A stretch of DNA of 64,000 bases from an uncultured Actinomycetota bacterium (GCA_963697675.1 CAVOOW010000011.1:9675-73674), one strand, 5' to 3'. Counted from the stretch's first letter, positions 51,910 to 63,461 are shown. Notes: generated from the letters alone by a model not told the origin. Numbers and translations are program-made.

Positions 51910-54334
51910 ATGACGACGGCCTCGACCGCTGCCGATCGACAGGGCGACGCCTCCGTGGCAGGACGCGACCTTGTCATCGGCCGAGCGCGTCGAAGCACTT
52001 CTCCAGGAGATGACCCTCGAGGAGAAGGTCGCCCAGCTCGGCAGTCGCTGGGTCGGCAACGACATGCAGGCCGAGGCCTCGCCGCAGCCCAGCGTCGCGA
52101 CCGATCCAGAGTCCACCTTCAACGTCGCTCCTCTGCAGGACGTGTTCGCGGCAGGGGGGACGATCTCTCTCGAGGACGCGAGCAGCCACGGGCTCGGCCA
52201 CCTGACCCGCGTCTTCGGCAGTCACCCGATGACCGTCGCAGAGGGCACGGCAGAGCTCGTGCGACAGCACCACGTCGTCCTGGAGGGCTCACGCCTGGGC
52301 ATCCCGGCGCTCGTCCACGAGGAGTGCCTGACCGGGTTCACCACGTTCGGGGCAACCGTCTATCCCGCGGCGATCGCATGGGGCGCCACGTTCGACGCCG
52401 ACCTCGTCGAGCGGATGGCCGCCGCGATCGGGCGGGACATGGCAGCTGTCGGCGTTCATCAAGGGCTCTCCCCGGTTCTTGACGTCGTACGTGACTACCG
52501 GTGGGGACGCGTCGAGGAGACCATCGGCGAGGATCCCTATCTCGTGGCGATGCTCGGTTCGGCCTACGTGCGGGGACTGCAGAGCGCCGGCGTCATCGCC
52601 ACTCTCAAGCACTTCGCGGGCTACTCGGCCTCGCGAGCCGCGCGCAACCACGGACCGGTGTCGATGGGTCGGCGCGAGCTGCTCGACGTCATCCTGCCGC
52701 CCTTCGAGATGGCACTGGCTCTCGCCGGGGCAGGTTCGGTGATGAACTCCTACTCCGACATCGACGGCGTCCCCGCCGGCGGCGACCCGTGGCTGCTCAC
52801 CGAGGTGCTGCGCGACGAATGGGGGTTCGAGGGCACCGTCGTGTCCGACTACTGGGCCGTGCCGTTCCTCGCGTCGATGCACCGCGTTGCGGCCGACACC
52901 GACGCGGCGGGGGCGATGGCGTTGTCCGCCGGCATCGACGTCGAGCTGCCCGACACTCTCGGCTTCGGCCACGGACTCGTCGAACGGGTCCGCAGCGGCG
53001 AGCTGTCCGAAGAGCTCGTCGACCGCGCTGCCCGGCGGCTGCTCACGCAGAAAGTGCAGCTCGGTCTGCTCGACGCGGACTGGACACCGGAGGGGTCGGT
53101 CGGCGATGCCCTCACGGATCTCGACTCGGCGGACAACCGCGCACTTGCCCGGGAGATGGCCGAGCGGTCGGTCGTGCTGCTCGACGCCGGCACGGCGCTC
53201 CCGCTGCGCGGCGAAGGGCGCCCGGTGCTCCACAGCGTTGCCGTGGTGGGGCCGTGTTCCGCCGACCCGCGCACGTTCATGGGGTGCTACGCGTTCCCCA
53301 ACCACGTGTTGCCGCGCTACCCGGGTGTGGGCCTCGGCGTGGAGGTGCGCTCGGGTGTCGACGCACTGCGGGCCGAGCTCCCGGACGTCGACGTGGTTCA
53401 GGAAAAAGGCTGCGCGGTGCAGGGAAACGACAGGTCGGGCTTCGCCGCAGCGATCTCCGCCGCCCGTGCGGCAGACCTGTGTGTCGCCTTCGTCGGGGAC
53501 CTCGCCGGCCTGTTCGGACTCGGCACCTCGGGGGAAGGCTGCGACGCCGAGGACCTCCGACTCCCGGGCCTGCAGGCCGACCTGATCGCCGAGCTCCTGG
53601 AGACGGGCACGCCGGTGGTAGTCGTCGTTGTCTCCGGACGTCCCTACGCGCTCGGGGACGTGCACGACCGAGCCGCCGGCCTCGTTCAGGCCTTCATGCC
53701 GGGTGAGGAGGGCGGGTCGGCGATCGCGGGTGTCCTCTCGGGTCGCGTCCAGCCCGGCGGCAAGCTGCCAGTGCAGATCCCGAGGCACGCAGGCGGACAA
53801 CCGAGCACCTATCTCCAGCCGGCACTCGGCGGCGCCGAGAGCGCCGGCATCAGCTCGATCGACTCGACACCGCTGTTCCCGTTCGGCTACGGCATGTCGT
53901 ACACCACCTTCGAGGTCGACGACCTGCGCAGCAGCGCCACGGAGGTGTCCGCAGATGGTGAGCTCACCGTCTCCGTGCGGGTCCGCAACACCGGACCGCG
54001 GGCCGGCGACGAGGTTGTCCAGCTCTACCTGCACGACGTCGTTGCCCAGGTGGCCCGGCCGGTGAAGCAGCTTGCCGGATTCGCTCGAGTCCACCTGGAG
54101 CCGGGCGAGGGCAAGGATGTGCGGTTCAGTGTGCACGCCGACCGCACCGCCTACACGAACCCACAGCTGCAGCGCATCGTCGAGCCCGGGGACATCGAGG
54201 TCCTCGTCGGGACCTCGGCGGCCGACCTGCCCTGCCGCACCAGCTTCCGGATCACCGGGCCGGAGCGGGTCGTGGGGCATGACCGTCGCCTGGTCACGCC
54301 CGTCGACGTGCGTCCGACGACGGCGCCTCGGTAG
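51910..54334 (+). CDS. GH3 beta-xylosidase/beta-glucosidase (BxlA-like)
   Basis: HEECLTG, RWGRVEET, TLKHFAGY, VVSDYW, SGEGCD, FPFGYGMSYT, Fn3-like tail; 5' frameshift. Confidence 0.93.
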
Positions 54335-54346
54335 GGGACGGTCGCC

Positions 54347-55367
54347 GTGCCGACTGTCGGATCCCGCGCCACGCTAGCCACTGTCGCAGCGTCGGCCGGC
54401 GTCTCGGTCGCGACCGTCTCGAAGGTGATCAACGGGCGCAGCGACGTCGCCGCCACGACGCGGGCACGGGTCCAGGACCTGTTGCGGCAACACGACTACG
54501 TCGGCCGTCGCGTCGAGCTGGCGGACGCGCCCACGATCGAGCTGTTCTTCCAGTTCGACCTCGGTGCCTACGGGACCGAAGTCATGCAAGGCGTCCTGGC
54601 CGCCGCGGCAGATGTGAATGTCTCAGTCGTCGTGACGGTGCGCGCGCACGGCCAGCGCAGCTCGGAGCCTGCGGCGTGGGCGCGCGACCTGGCCGCCAGA
54701 GGCCGACGGGCTGTCGTCGGCGTGACCACGCACTTGACCGCCGGGGACCTCAGCGCCCTTTCCCGCAACCGGATACCTCTGGTCGTCATCGACCCGCTCA
54801 ACATGCCGCACGCGCGGTTGACAAGTGTCGGCTCGACCAACTTCGCCGGCGGCCTGGCGGCGACCCAGCACCTGCTGTCCCTCGGGCATCGCCGGATCGC
54901 GTACGTCGGTGGTCACCCCTCGCCGGCTGATCAACCAGGCGCGGGTGCACGGCTTCCGCGCCGCGATGGAGGCCGCGGCACTGCCGGTTCCCGAGCGCTA
55001 CGTGCGGTCGGGCCCGAATGACTACGACGAAGGTGTCGTCTCGGGAACGGCGCTCATCGATCTGCCCGAGCGCCCGACTGCGGTGTTCGCCTTCAGCGAC
55101 GAACTCGCGCTCGGCGTCATCGAGGCCGCCCGGGGGCGGGGTCTCCGGATCCCCGAGGACCTCAGTGTCGTGGGCTTCGACGACACGCAGATCGCCCGGC
55201 TGGCGTCGCCTCCACTGACCACTGTTCGCCAGCCCCTGCGGGAGATGGGCGCCGTGGCCTTGCGCACCGCGCTGCAGCTGGCGGCCGGCGAGAAGGTGCA
55301 CTTCCGCCACGTGGAGCTCGCGACCGAGCTCGTCGTACGCAATTCGACGGCTCCGATCGACGTCTGA
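54347..55367 (+). CDS. LacI family regulator (BxlR-like; frameshift near 54925)
   Basis: ATLATVAASAGVSVATVSKVING, PEDLSVVGFDD, PPLTTVRQP. Confidence 0.92.
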
Positions 55368-55424
55368 CATCGCGACGTCAGCTGACGTCGGATGGCGCTG
55401 CCCAGTCGGTCGGCCCTCTGCGAC

Positions 55425-55492
55425 CAAGATCGCTAGTACCGTGCACAGATTGCGCGTCCATGCGGAATCTGTGCACGGAGATCGCGATCATG
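55425..55492 (+). repeat. REP-like palindromic element, copy 1
   Basis: CCGTGCACAGATT..AATCTGTGCACGG 13-bp stem with flanking GATCGC arms; near-identical inverted copy at 63194. Confidence 0.85.
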
Positions 55493-55555
55493 GAACGGGT
55501 GGGGCGCTCGCAGCGGGTGGGGGGCGGCGCTCGCAGCAGGTACGGGGCGGCGCCC

Positions 55556-56170
55556 TCAACGGCACAGGGCGCGTTCGGCGGTCGTTGCGAGCAGGTCCGC
55601 GGCGTCGTCGACCGGCATCTCGCGGTCGGTGATCAGCCGGTCGAGGGCGTCGTAGCTGGACAGCATCCAGAGCAGGTCGAAGGCGGCCTCGACGGTGACG
55701 TCGTCGCGGAGGACCCCGTCCTCCGACAGCCGGTTCACGAGGTGTGCTATCCCACCGCGTCGCTCGGCCTCCATCTTCTGCAGTGCCCCGCCCACCGAGT
55801 CGGGGTCGAGGCGGGCCATGGTGATCAGCACCCGGTAGATGTCGCGATCGGCCGCGTACATGCGGCTCGCCGCGCGAAAACCGCCGCGGAGATGGTCGCG
55901 CGCATCGGGTGCGGAGACCGCGCGGGTGAGATCGGCGATCCCGGTGCGGTCCCACAGATCGGCCGTGAAGGCGTCGAAGAGACCGGCCCGGGATCCGAAG
56001 ACCACGTAGATGGTCGACCGGGACACCTGGGCGAGCCGGGCCACCTGGTCGAGGCTGACGGGCTGAGCCGGCGCCTCGCGCAGCTGGGTGGCGACGGCGT
56101 CGAGGATCCGCCGCCGCGTCTGCGCCGCGTGGTCCGCCCGCAGCCCCTGTTCGTACCGACGGGTCGCCAT
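55556..56170 (-). CDS. TetR/AcrR family regulator
   Basis: TRRRILDAV..VSLDQVARLAQVSRSTIYVVFGSRAGL. Confidence 0.9.
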   Translation of the reverse strand: MATRRYEQGLRADHAAQTRRRILDAVATQLREAPAQPVSLDQVARLAQVSRSTIYVVFGSRAGLFDAFTADLWDRTGIADLTRAVSAPDARDHLRGGFRAASRMYAADRDIYRVLITMARLDPDSVGGALQKMEAERRGGIAHLVNRLSEDGVLRDDVTVEAAFDLLWMLSSYDALDRLITDREMPVDDAADLLATTAERALCR

Positions 56171-56193
56171 GCCTGCATCTTTGCACATTTCGC

Positions 56194-56237
56194 TTGACAT
56201 GGTGTCCGACGACAAACATGCTGTCTTACGAAAGACA
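56194..56237 (+). promoter_or_regulatory. Sigma70-type promoter and operator for the monooxygenase
   Basis: TTGACA-N17-CATGCT followed by the TGTCTT-ACGA-AAGACA palindrome. Confidence 0.65.
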
Positions 56238-56307
56238 ACGCGTCCGGTGAAATGAATCAACGGGCCAGACACAGCAAGCCGACCCACTCGACCGTCCAGG
56301 GAGCGAG

Positions 56308-57801
56308 ATGTCCACCTCCGTCACCGACCCCCGTACACCCGTCGTCGTCGTCGGCGCCGGCCCGGCCGGTCTGGTCACCGCGATCGTCCTCGCCCGGCAC
56401 GGCATCGACGTGCAGGTCGTCGAACGCCGCACCGGGCGGCCCACGCTGCCCCGCGCCACCGTCCTGAGCCTGCGCACCATGGAGCTGCTGCGCTCGTGGG
56501 ACCTCGACGGGGTCATCCGGGCGGGCGGCGACGAGGTCGACCTCGCCCTGCTCGAGACGAAGACCATGGCCCAGGCGTACGAGGGCACCCGGTTCGACGT
56601 CGGCCTCCCGAATGCTGCGCAGAGCTCGCTGGTGAGCCCGACGGCACCGGCCTGCGTGCCTCAGGACCACCTGGAGTCGGTGCTTCTCGAGCAGCTGGCG
56701 ACCCTGCCGGCCGCCACGATCGTGCGGGGCCGGGAGCTCGTGTCCGTGACCGACCACGGCGACCGGGTCGCGGTCACGCTGCGCGACCTGCTCACCGGTC
56801 GTCACGAGACCTCGGTCGCCAGATTCGTCGTCGGCGCGGACGGGGCACGCAGCACGGTCCGGCAGTCCCTGGGCATCGAGATGGTGGGTCCGGACGGGCT
56901 CATGGAGGGTGCTCGCATCGAGTTCCGGGCTCCGCTGTGGGAGGTCGTCGGCGAGCATCGCTATGTCGTCTACACCGTCACGGATCCCGATGGCAGTGGC
57001 GTGTTCGTGCCGGCGGGAGGTGGAGACCGGTGGGTGTTCGGCACCGTGGTCAGCGACCTCGACGATCCCGAGTGGACACCCACCCGCGACAACATGCGTC
57101 GTCGGGTGCTGGCGGCGATCGGTGTCGACGGTTTCGAGATCGGCATCGAACGCCTCGGCCACTACTCGGCGGGCGCGCAGCTCGCCGAGCGTTTCTCGGT
57201 CGGGGCGACGTTCCTCATCGGCGACGCCGCGCACCGCATCACCCCACGTGGCGGGACCGGCCTCAACACCGCGATCGCCGACGGCCTGAACCTCGGTTGG
57301 AAGCTCGTGTGGGTGCTGCAGGGCTGGGCGCCGGTCGGCCTCCTCTCGACGTACGAGGCGGAGCGGCGCGACGTCGCGGCGCACAACGTGGCGCGGTCGG
57401 CCGATCCGTTCGGGTCGCGACGGGAGCCGCTCTCGGAGATGCAGGTCGATCTCGGCGGACGGATCCCGCATGCCTGGCTCGACGGTGCGCCGGACGGCGC
57501 CTTGCGTACCTCGACGCTGGATCTGCTCGGTCCCGGCCTGACACTGCTCACCGCCGGCGATCCTGAGCCATGGCAACGAGCCGCGGCCGCGCTCGCGATG
57601 CCCGTGAGCATCGCGTCGGTCGGTCCCGGCGTCGGCCGCGCGATCGGCGTGAACCCGGGTGACGGCGCGCTGCTCGTCCGACCCGACGGCGTGCCGGTCG
57701 GCGCGTGGTGGACGTCGGCGTCTGCCCACCGCGACCTGAATGCGGCCATCGACGCCCTGCTCACCGGACCCGTCGCCCAAGACGGCAGCAAGGCTGCGTG
57801 A
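56308..57801 (+). CDS. FAD-dependent aromatic monooxygenase
   Basis: VVGAGPAGL, VGADGARS, GDAAHRITPRGGTGLNT, LLVRPDG. Confidence 0.92.
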   Translation: MSTSVTDPRTPVVVVGAGPAGLVTAIVLARHGIDVQVVERRTGRPTLPRATVLSLRTMELLRSWDLDGVIRAGGDEVDLALLETKTMAQAYEGTRFDVGLPNAAQSSLVSPTAPACVPQDHLESVLLEQLATLPAATIVRGRELVSVTDHGDRVAVTLRDLLTGRHETSVARFVVGADGARSTVRQSLGIEMVGPDGLMEGARIEFRAPLWEVVGEHRYVVYTVTDPDGSGVFVPAGGGDRWVFGTVVSDLDDPEWTPTRDNMRRRVLAAIGVDGFEIGIERLGHYSAGAQLAERFSVGATFLIGDAAHRITPRGGTGLNTAIADGLNLGWKLVWVLQGWAPVGLLSTYEAERRDVAAHNVARSADPFGSRREPLSEMQVDLGGRIPHAWLDGAPDGALRTSTLDLLGPGLTLLTAGDPEPWQRAAAALAMPVSIASVGPGVGRAIGVNPGDGALLVRPDGVPVGAWWTSASAHRDLNAAIDALLTGPVAQDGSKAA

Positions 57802-59334
57802 CTACGCGCGGTTCTCGCGGTATGACACGCCGGCAGCGGTTAGCCGAAGCGCATGCGCTGCGAGCCGGTCGGCGAAGTCGGCGTAGTCGGTGTCCACGGC
57901 CGACCAGGCCCGCTCAGCTAGTGCGCAGAGCCGCGGGTAGGCCATGTCGTCGACCCGCTGCGGAGTTGGCAGGAACTCGGTCCACAGCTGCCCCTGGGTG
58001 CCGAGGATGTTCGCGCCGTCCACGCTGTCGGGGCTCGGGTCGTAGCCGAAGACCTGCTGCAGGGTGGTCAGTCCCGGCTGCGCGACCGGTTGTCCGGGCG
58101 CGTCGCTCTGGGACCAGTCGAAATAGGTCCGCTCCTGCGGGGACATGATGACCCGGTAGCCGCGAGCGGCGGCGTCGATGCCATGGCGCTCGCTGCGCCA
58201 GGCCATCACGACGGTGCTCTCGTCGAGATCGTCCGCGACGGCTTCGTCCCAGACGATCGCGGTCCGGCCTCTGCTGCGCAGATGCGCGCTGATGCGGTTC
58301 GTGAACCAGGGCTGGACGGCGCGGACGTCGGGCAGCCCAAGTCGTCGTACCCGCTCGAGAACTGCCCGGCTTGCTTGCCATTCCGTCGTCGGGCACTCGT
58401 CACCGCCGATGTGGACCCACGGCGACGGGAACACGTCGATCAGCTCGTCGATCACGTTCCCGACGAAGTCGAGTGTCGGCTCCTCGATGTTCAGCACAGT
58501 TGGGTGGATGCCCCATTCACGTGCCACAGCGAGCGGCTCGGATCCGTTGCCCAGCTCCGGATAGGCCGCGATGGCCGCCGTGACGTGCCCCGGCATGTCG
58601 ATCTCGGGCACGACCTCGATCCCGCGACGGCCGGCGAAGGCGACGAGGTCACGCAGTTCCTGCTGCGTGTAGAAGCCGCCGTGCGGAGTGCTGTCGTACT
58701 GCGGATCCTGCCGTGGCCCGCGCTGGGACTCGCGGCGCCACGCGCCGACGGCGGTGAGCCGGGGATAGCGCTGCACCTCGAAGCGCCAACCCTGGTCCTC
58801 GGTGAGATGGAGGTGGAAGCGGTTCAGCTTGTGCACGGCGAGCGTCTCGACGTATCGGTAGAGGTAGTCCATCGGCAGGTACCAGCGGCCCACGTCCAGC
58901 AGCGAGCCTCTCCAGGCGAAGCGCGGCGAGTCGCTGATCTCGACGCAGGGGACGCTCCAGGCCAGACCGGGTTGCGGCGCCGTGCCGAACACCTGCGCGG
59001 GCAGCAGCTGCCGCAGCGTCTGGATGCCGTGCCGCAGCCCGAGGGTCGACGGCGCGGAGATGTGTACGCCGTCGTCGGTGGCCGAGAGCTGATAGCCCTC
59101 CTCGCCGAGGCCGTGCTCGCCGGGGGTGACCCGCAACGTGATGCCGCCCGTCCCAGGACCTGTCCGGAGTACGAGGGGCAGACCGGTCACGTCGAGGTAG
59201 TCGCGCAGCAGGTGCGCGCAGTCCGCGGCACCGGGGTCGCAGGCGATCGTCGTCTCCGCGGTCAGCTCGTACGAGCCGCCGGTGACGTCCAGCTTCGCGG
59301 GAAGCGGCACGATGGCTGGATGCGAGGCGTTCAC
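57802..59334 (-). CDS. GH20 beta-N-acetylhexosaminidase
   Basis: DSPRFAWRG, HLHLTEDQGWR, PEIDMPGH, HIGGDE, LWTE, YPRLCALAE. Confidence 0.93.
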   Translation of the reverse strand: MNASHPAIVPLPAKLDVTGGSYELTAETTIACDPGAADCAHLLRDYLDVTGLPLVLRTGPGTGGITLRVTPGEHGLGEEGYQLSATDDGVHISAPSTLGLRHGIQTLRQLLPAQVFGTAPQPGLAWSVPCVEISDSPRFAWRGSLLDVGRWYLPMDYLYRYVETLAVHKLNRFHLHLTEDQGWRFEVQRYPRLTAVGAWRRESQRGPRQDPQYDSTPHGGFYTQQELRDLVAFAGRRGIEVVPEIDMPGHVTAAIAAYPELGNGSEPLAVAREWGIHPTVLNIEEPTLDFVGNVIDELIDVFPSPWVHIGGDECPTTEWQASRAVLERVRRLGLPDVRAVQPWFTNRISAHLRSRGRTAIVWDEAVADDLDESTVVMAWRSERHGIDAAARGYRVIMSPQERTYFDWSQSDAPGQPVAQPGLTTLQQVFGYDPSPDSVDGANILGTQGQLWTEFLPTPQRVDDMAYPRLCALAERAWSAVDTDYADFADRLAAHALRLTAAGVSYRENRA

Positions 59335-60260
59335 CGGCTGCTCGCGGAACCCTGCGCCGGGTTCTTCTCGAGCACCGCGAACACCCGGCCGCAGCGGGCG
59401 TCGACCGTCTTCGAGTAGAACGCCATCGGTCCTATCCACGCGATCTGCGCCTGCGCGACTCCCGCAGCAGCCAGGTCGTCGAGGCACAGCAACAACAGGG
59501 CCTCGCCCAGTCCTTGGCCGCGGCTGTCGGGGTCGACGCCCAGCGGACCGAACCAGTCGGACCGGTAGACGCCGTGGCAGGCGAATCCGGTGATGCGCTC
59601 GTCGCGGCTGGCGACGAAGATCGTGGGGATGTCGCGGTGCAGGGCCAGCCGGGCCTCGCCGCGCCAGACCTCGGTGAACCCGGTCTGGATGAACTCCTCG
59701 AGCCGGGGCCAGTCGGCCGGTGTCGCGCGGCGCACCGACGATGCACTCCCGTGCCCGTCGAGCACCTCGTCGGCCCTGCCTGGCACCCAACGGTCCAGCG
59801 GCACGTCCATGTTCTGGAGGGTCCTCACGCGGCGATAGCCATGTCGCTCCGCGAAGCAGAGCGCAGCGGTGTAACCCAGGTCCACGCCCGGCCAGGCGTA
59901 GTACGAGATGTTGCCGCCGACGGCGAGCCGTTCGGAGCCGGCTCGCGTCAGACGGTCTTCCATGGTGGAGAGCAGCGTGCTCGCAACGCCCCGCTGCCGA
60001 ACGGCTGGATCGACCGCCAGCGCATCCAGGAAGCCGGTTTGCTCGTGCCGGGAACCGAAAGCGAACGCGACAGGGGAGCCGTCCACCTCTGCGACGAGTC
60101 GCAGAGACGGGTCGCCGGGTGGGCGGTGGAACAGCAGGTCAACTAGCGCGGCGCGACCGACTGGCTCCAGGTCGAACGACCTGGCCGCCAGCCGGCGCAG
60201 CAAAGGAACATCCCCGATGGTGGCTTCGCGCGTCGAAACCTGCAGCGCGTTCCGACTCAC
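59331..60260 (-). CDS. Tandem GNAT acetyltransferase
   Basis: Two motif-A segments, LAVDPAVRQRGVAS and LGVDPDSRGQGLG; GTGA overlap with GH20. Confidence 0.88.
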   Translation of the reverse strand: MSRNALQVSTREATIGDVPLLRRLAARSFDLEPVGRAALVDLLFHRPPGDPSLRLVAEVDGSPVAFAFGSRHEQTGFLDALAVDPAVRQRGVASTLLSTMEDRLTRAGSERLAVGGNISYYAWPGVDLGYTAALCFAERHGYRRVRTLQNMDVPLDRWVPGRADEVLDGHGSASSVRRATPADWPRLEEFIQTGFTEVWRGEARLALHRDIPTIFVASRDERITGFACHGVYRSDWFGPLGVDPDSRGQGLGEALLLLCLDDLAAAGVAQAQIAWIGPMAFYSKTVDARCGRVFAVLEKNPAQGSASSR

Positions 60261-60272
60261 CGGGCGAGTGTG

Positions 60273-60410
60273 TCAGCTGTGGTGGTGGGGGCGCTTGGGG
60301 CCCATCTGGTGCTCGACCATCAGACGGCTGGCGTTCTGGATGTCGGCCCAGGCCGCGCTGGCGGCGGCGAGGAAGCTGCGGGTCTTGGGGGTGGTGCTCT
60401 GGCGGTTCAC
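60273..60410 (-). CDS. Small hypothetical protein (45 aa)
   Basis: GAAGGA RBS, GTG start; MNRQSTTPKTRSFLAAASAAWADIQNASRLMVEHQMGPKRPHHHS; GC3-rich codons. Confidence 0.45.
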   Translation of the reverse strand: MNRQSTTPKTRSFLAAASAAWADIQNASRLMVEHQMGPKRPHHHS

Positions 60411-60701
60411 GGCTGGTCCTTCGATGTGTTCGACAACGGGCTCTTTCCCGCGGTCACTAACGAGTATCGCACTTTGATGTAAGCAACAACAAACGCTTAC
60501 GGGCCGCGATTCCGCGTCCTCGGTGAGTTTCGGTGTGTGTCGTGTCACCTTTGAGGACATCGACCTCAGAGGCGCTGCCCGTCGGCCGTCTCGACGCGGT
60601 TCGACGCGGATCATCACGTCGACCGTGAACAGGCGCTGCCTTTCTCCGCTCGGCCGTCGGCGGGCGGTCCTGATGTAACTCGCGTGCGGTACACCTGGGA
60701 C

Positions 60702-60947
60702 GTGCTGGAGCTGCGACCCAACTGCGAGTGCTGCGACGTCGACCTTCCGCCCGACTCGTCCGCGGCCAGGATCTGCACGTACGAGTGCACGTTCTGCGTT
60801 CGCTGCGTCGAGGAGCACTACCTCGGCGTGTGCCCGAACTGTGGTGGCAACCTCGTCCCGCGACCCATCCGGCCCGCCGGTCTGCTCGACAAGGACCCGG
60901 CATCGACGACGCGGGTCCACGCCGCGACACCGTGCCCGCTGTCGTAG
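60702..60947 (+). CDS. DUF1272 domain protein
   Basis: LELRPNCECCD, ARICTYECTFC, CPNCGGNLVPRPIRP. Confidence 0.9.
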   Translation: MLELRPNCECCDVDLPPDSSAARICTYECTFCVRCVEEHYLGVCPNCGGNLVPRPIRPAGLLDKDPASTTRVHAATPCPLS

Positions 60948-60962
60948 CCGCCTTCTCGGTCC

Positions 60963-63051
60963 TCAGACCAGGCCGCCCATCCCTGGGTCGCTGATGCTGG
61001 CTTCACCGTTCTCGAGGTGGCCGGCGTAGCGCCGCTCGTACCCCGGATCACCCGCAACGGTGATCGCCAGGTCATACCAGCCGCGGGTCCGCGCCAGCGA
61101 CCAGTGTTCCGTCTCGGCCTTCCCTGGGTTGATCGACAACCTCGTCGTCCCCGACAGATAGCCGTTCCGCACCGTCACGGCCGCCCGTTCCGACCCGCGG
61201 TTCTTGATCTGCAGGAGGATCTCGTTGTGACGCTCGTCGTAGGACGCCGCGACCTCGAGACCCGCCCCGTGCCCGCCCTTGAAGTGCCGGAAGAAGCCGT
61301 TGGGGCCGTAGACGGAGAGGTCGTGGCCGGAGGCGTTGTCCCACGCGTCACTCAGGTGCTTGCCCGGCTCGACCGTGTAGGTGCGGGGCTCGTCGGCGCT
61401 GGCCGCCGACCGCACGTGGAAGACGGCAGCGGCCCGACCAGTGTTGCTGAAGTCGATCGTGAACAGCGCTCCGGAGGCGCGTCCGTCCGCGTGCAGGGTG
61501 TAGGGGATCGCCCGTGCAGGGCGCACGCCACGCTCTTGGCGGGGCAACCGCTGGTCGGCTGGTGGGACTGGCACCTGGTCGGGCTGCCGGACGAGGTCGT
61601 CGGGCTTGAAGTCGTCCGTGTCCGGCAGGTCGAGGTGCCGGGTCCTGTTGGGCGTCTTGAAGTCGAAGGCTGACGTCAGGTCGCCGACGACAGCGCGCCG
61701 CCACGGGGTGATGTTGGACTCGACCAGGTCGGGTCGGTGCCGCCCGAACCGCGACTCGAGGAAGCGGATAAGCGAGGTGTGGTCCAGCAGCTCGGAGTTG
61801 ACCCAGCCGCCCCTGGTCCACGGCGAGACGACGATCATCGGCACGCGCATCCCGAGGCCGTACGGGCCGGCCGAGAAGCGGGCGTCGCCGGGGAAGAGCT
61901 CGTCGGTCAACGGCACGGTCGACAGCCCCTGCGCCCTCGTCTGCGGCGGCGTCGGGGGCACGAGGTGGTCGAAGAAGCCACCCTCCTCGTCGTACGTGAT
62001 GAACAGCGCCATCGTGCTCCACAGGTCCGGGTTCGACGCCAGGATGTCGATGACCTGTGAGACGTACCAGGACCCGAAGTCCGGCTCCCAGTTCGGGTGC
62101 TCGGTGTAGGCCTCGGGCGCAACGATCCACGACACCTTCGGCAACCGCCCACGACGTACGTCGTCGCGGAAGTCACTCAGCAGCGCCTCGGGGTCGCCGC
62201 CCTGCGCCTTGATGGTGGTGCCGGTCTTGGCTTTCTTCGCCAGCGGCGTCCCGGGCGGGGCGTTCTGGTACTGGTGGAAGTAGAGCAACGAGTTGTCGCC
62301 GTAGTTGCCGATGAACGGTTCGTCGCCCGTCCAGCCCCAGAAGCCGGCCGCGTCCAGACCGACGCCGCTGTCCTGGTAGACCTTCCACGAGATACTTGCG
62401 CGCTCGAGCCGCTCCGGGTACGTCGACCAGTCGTAGCCCAACTCGTCATTGGCAAGTACCGGGCCACCGCCTGCACCGTCGTTCCCGGCCCAGCCGGTCC
62501 ACATGTGATAGCGGTTGGGGTCGGTCGGCCCGAGCAGCGAGCAGTAGTAGTTGTCGCAGACGGTGAAGGCGTCGGCGAGTGCGTACTGATAAGGCAAGGT
62601 CCTTGCGGGTGTGGTACGTCATCGTCGTGACGCCCTTGTTGGGCACCCACTGGTCGTGCCGACCGCCGTTCCAGGCGCCGTGCGTGTCGTTCCAGCCGTG
62701 CGGAGGGTCGGGCAGGAAGGTCTGACCGAGGTCTGCGACATCGGGCCGGAACGGCAGGAGCTCGCCAGAGCCGTCGGGCTGGTGCCAGACGCTCTTGCCC
62801 GACGGCAATGTCACGGGGTGCGGGTCGGCGAAGCCCCGCACGCCCCTCAGCGTGCCGAAGTAGTGGTCGAAGGACCTGTTCTCCTGCATCAGGAAAACGA
62901 CGTGCTCGACGTCGTTGATGGAACCCGTGCGGTTGTTGGCCGGGATGGCGAGGGCCTTGTCGAGATGCCGGCCGAGATCCAAGGGCAACGCCGCGGCGGC
63001 GGCCGGAGCGCCCATGAGCTTCAGGAATGTACGACGGTCGACCGTGCCCAT
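60963..63051 (-). CDS. Tat-secreted phosphocholine-specific phospholipase C (frameshift near 62595)
   Basis: DRRTFL signal; MQENRSFDHYFG, GPTDPNR, TYDEEGGFFDH, GMRVPM, DHTS, C-terminal DUF756 GWYD..YAGHLENG. Confidence 0.92.
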
Positions 63052-63193
63052 GGCGACGCCCTTCCAGGCAAGCTGCTCGAGATCTGGCCGCTGGAAGTTA
63101 TCGGCGCCACGTTGACGCAAGGTGTCCTGTATTCGATCTTTCGGCAACGTCGCGGTAGCCGTTTGTCCGCCCCGGGAGGTCCCGTCCGTCTTT

Positions 63194-63261
63194 CATGATC
63201 GCGATTTCCGTGCACAGATTCTGCATCCGTGCGGAATCTGTGCACGGCGATAGCGATCTTG
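63194..63261 (-). repeat. REP-like palindromic element, copy 2
   Basis: Reverse complement CAAGATCGCTATCGCCGTGCACAGATTCCGCACGGATGCAGAATCTGTGCACGGAAATCGCGATCATG matches copy 1. Confidence 0.85.
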
Positions 63262-63461
63262 TTCGACCGTGGAGCCACATCGGCGGCGTTGGTGTCGGTG
63301 GCGCAGTCAAGATCGCTGGTTCGGTGAGAAAGTGCAGTGGGCTCGGCTTTCTCACCGCTAGTGCTGATCTTGGTCGTGGCGGGTAGGCGGGTGGCGGTCT
63401 GCGCGACGAACCGCGATCGGACGGGTACGGAAAGTTGTTGCCTGGTAAGAGCTCGCGGAGT

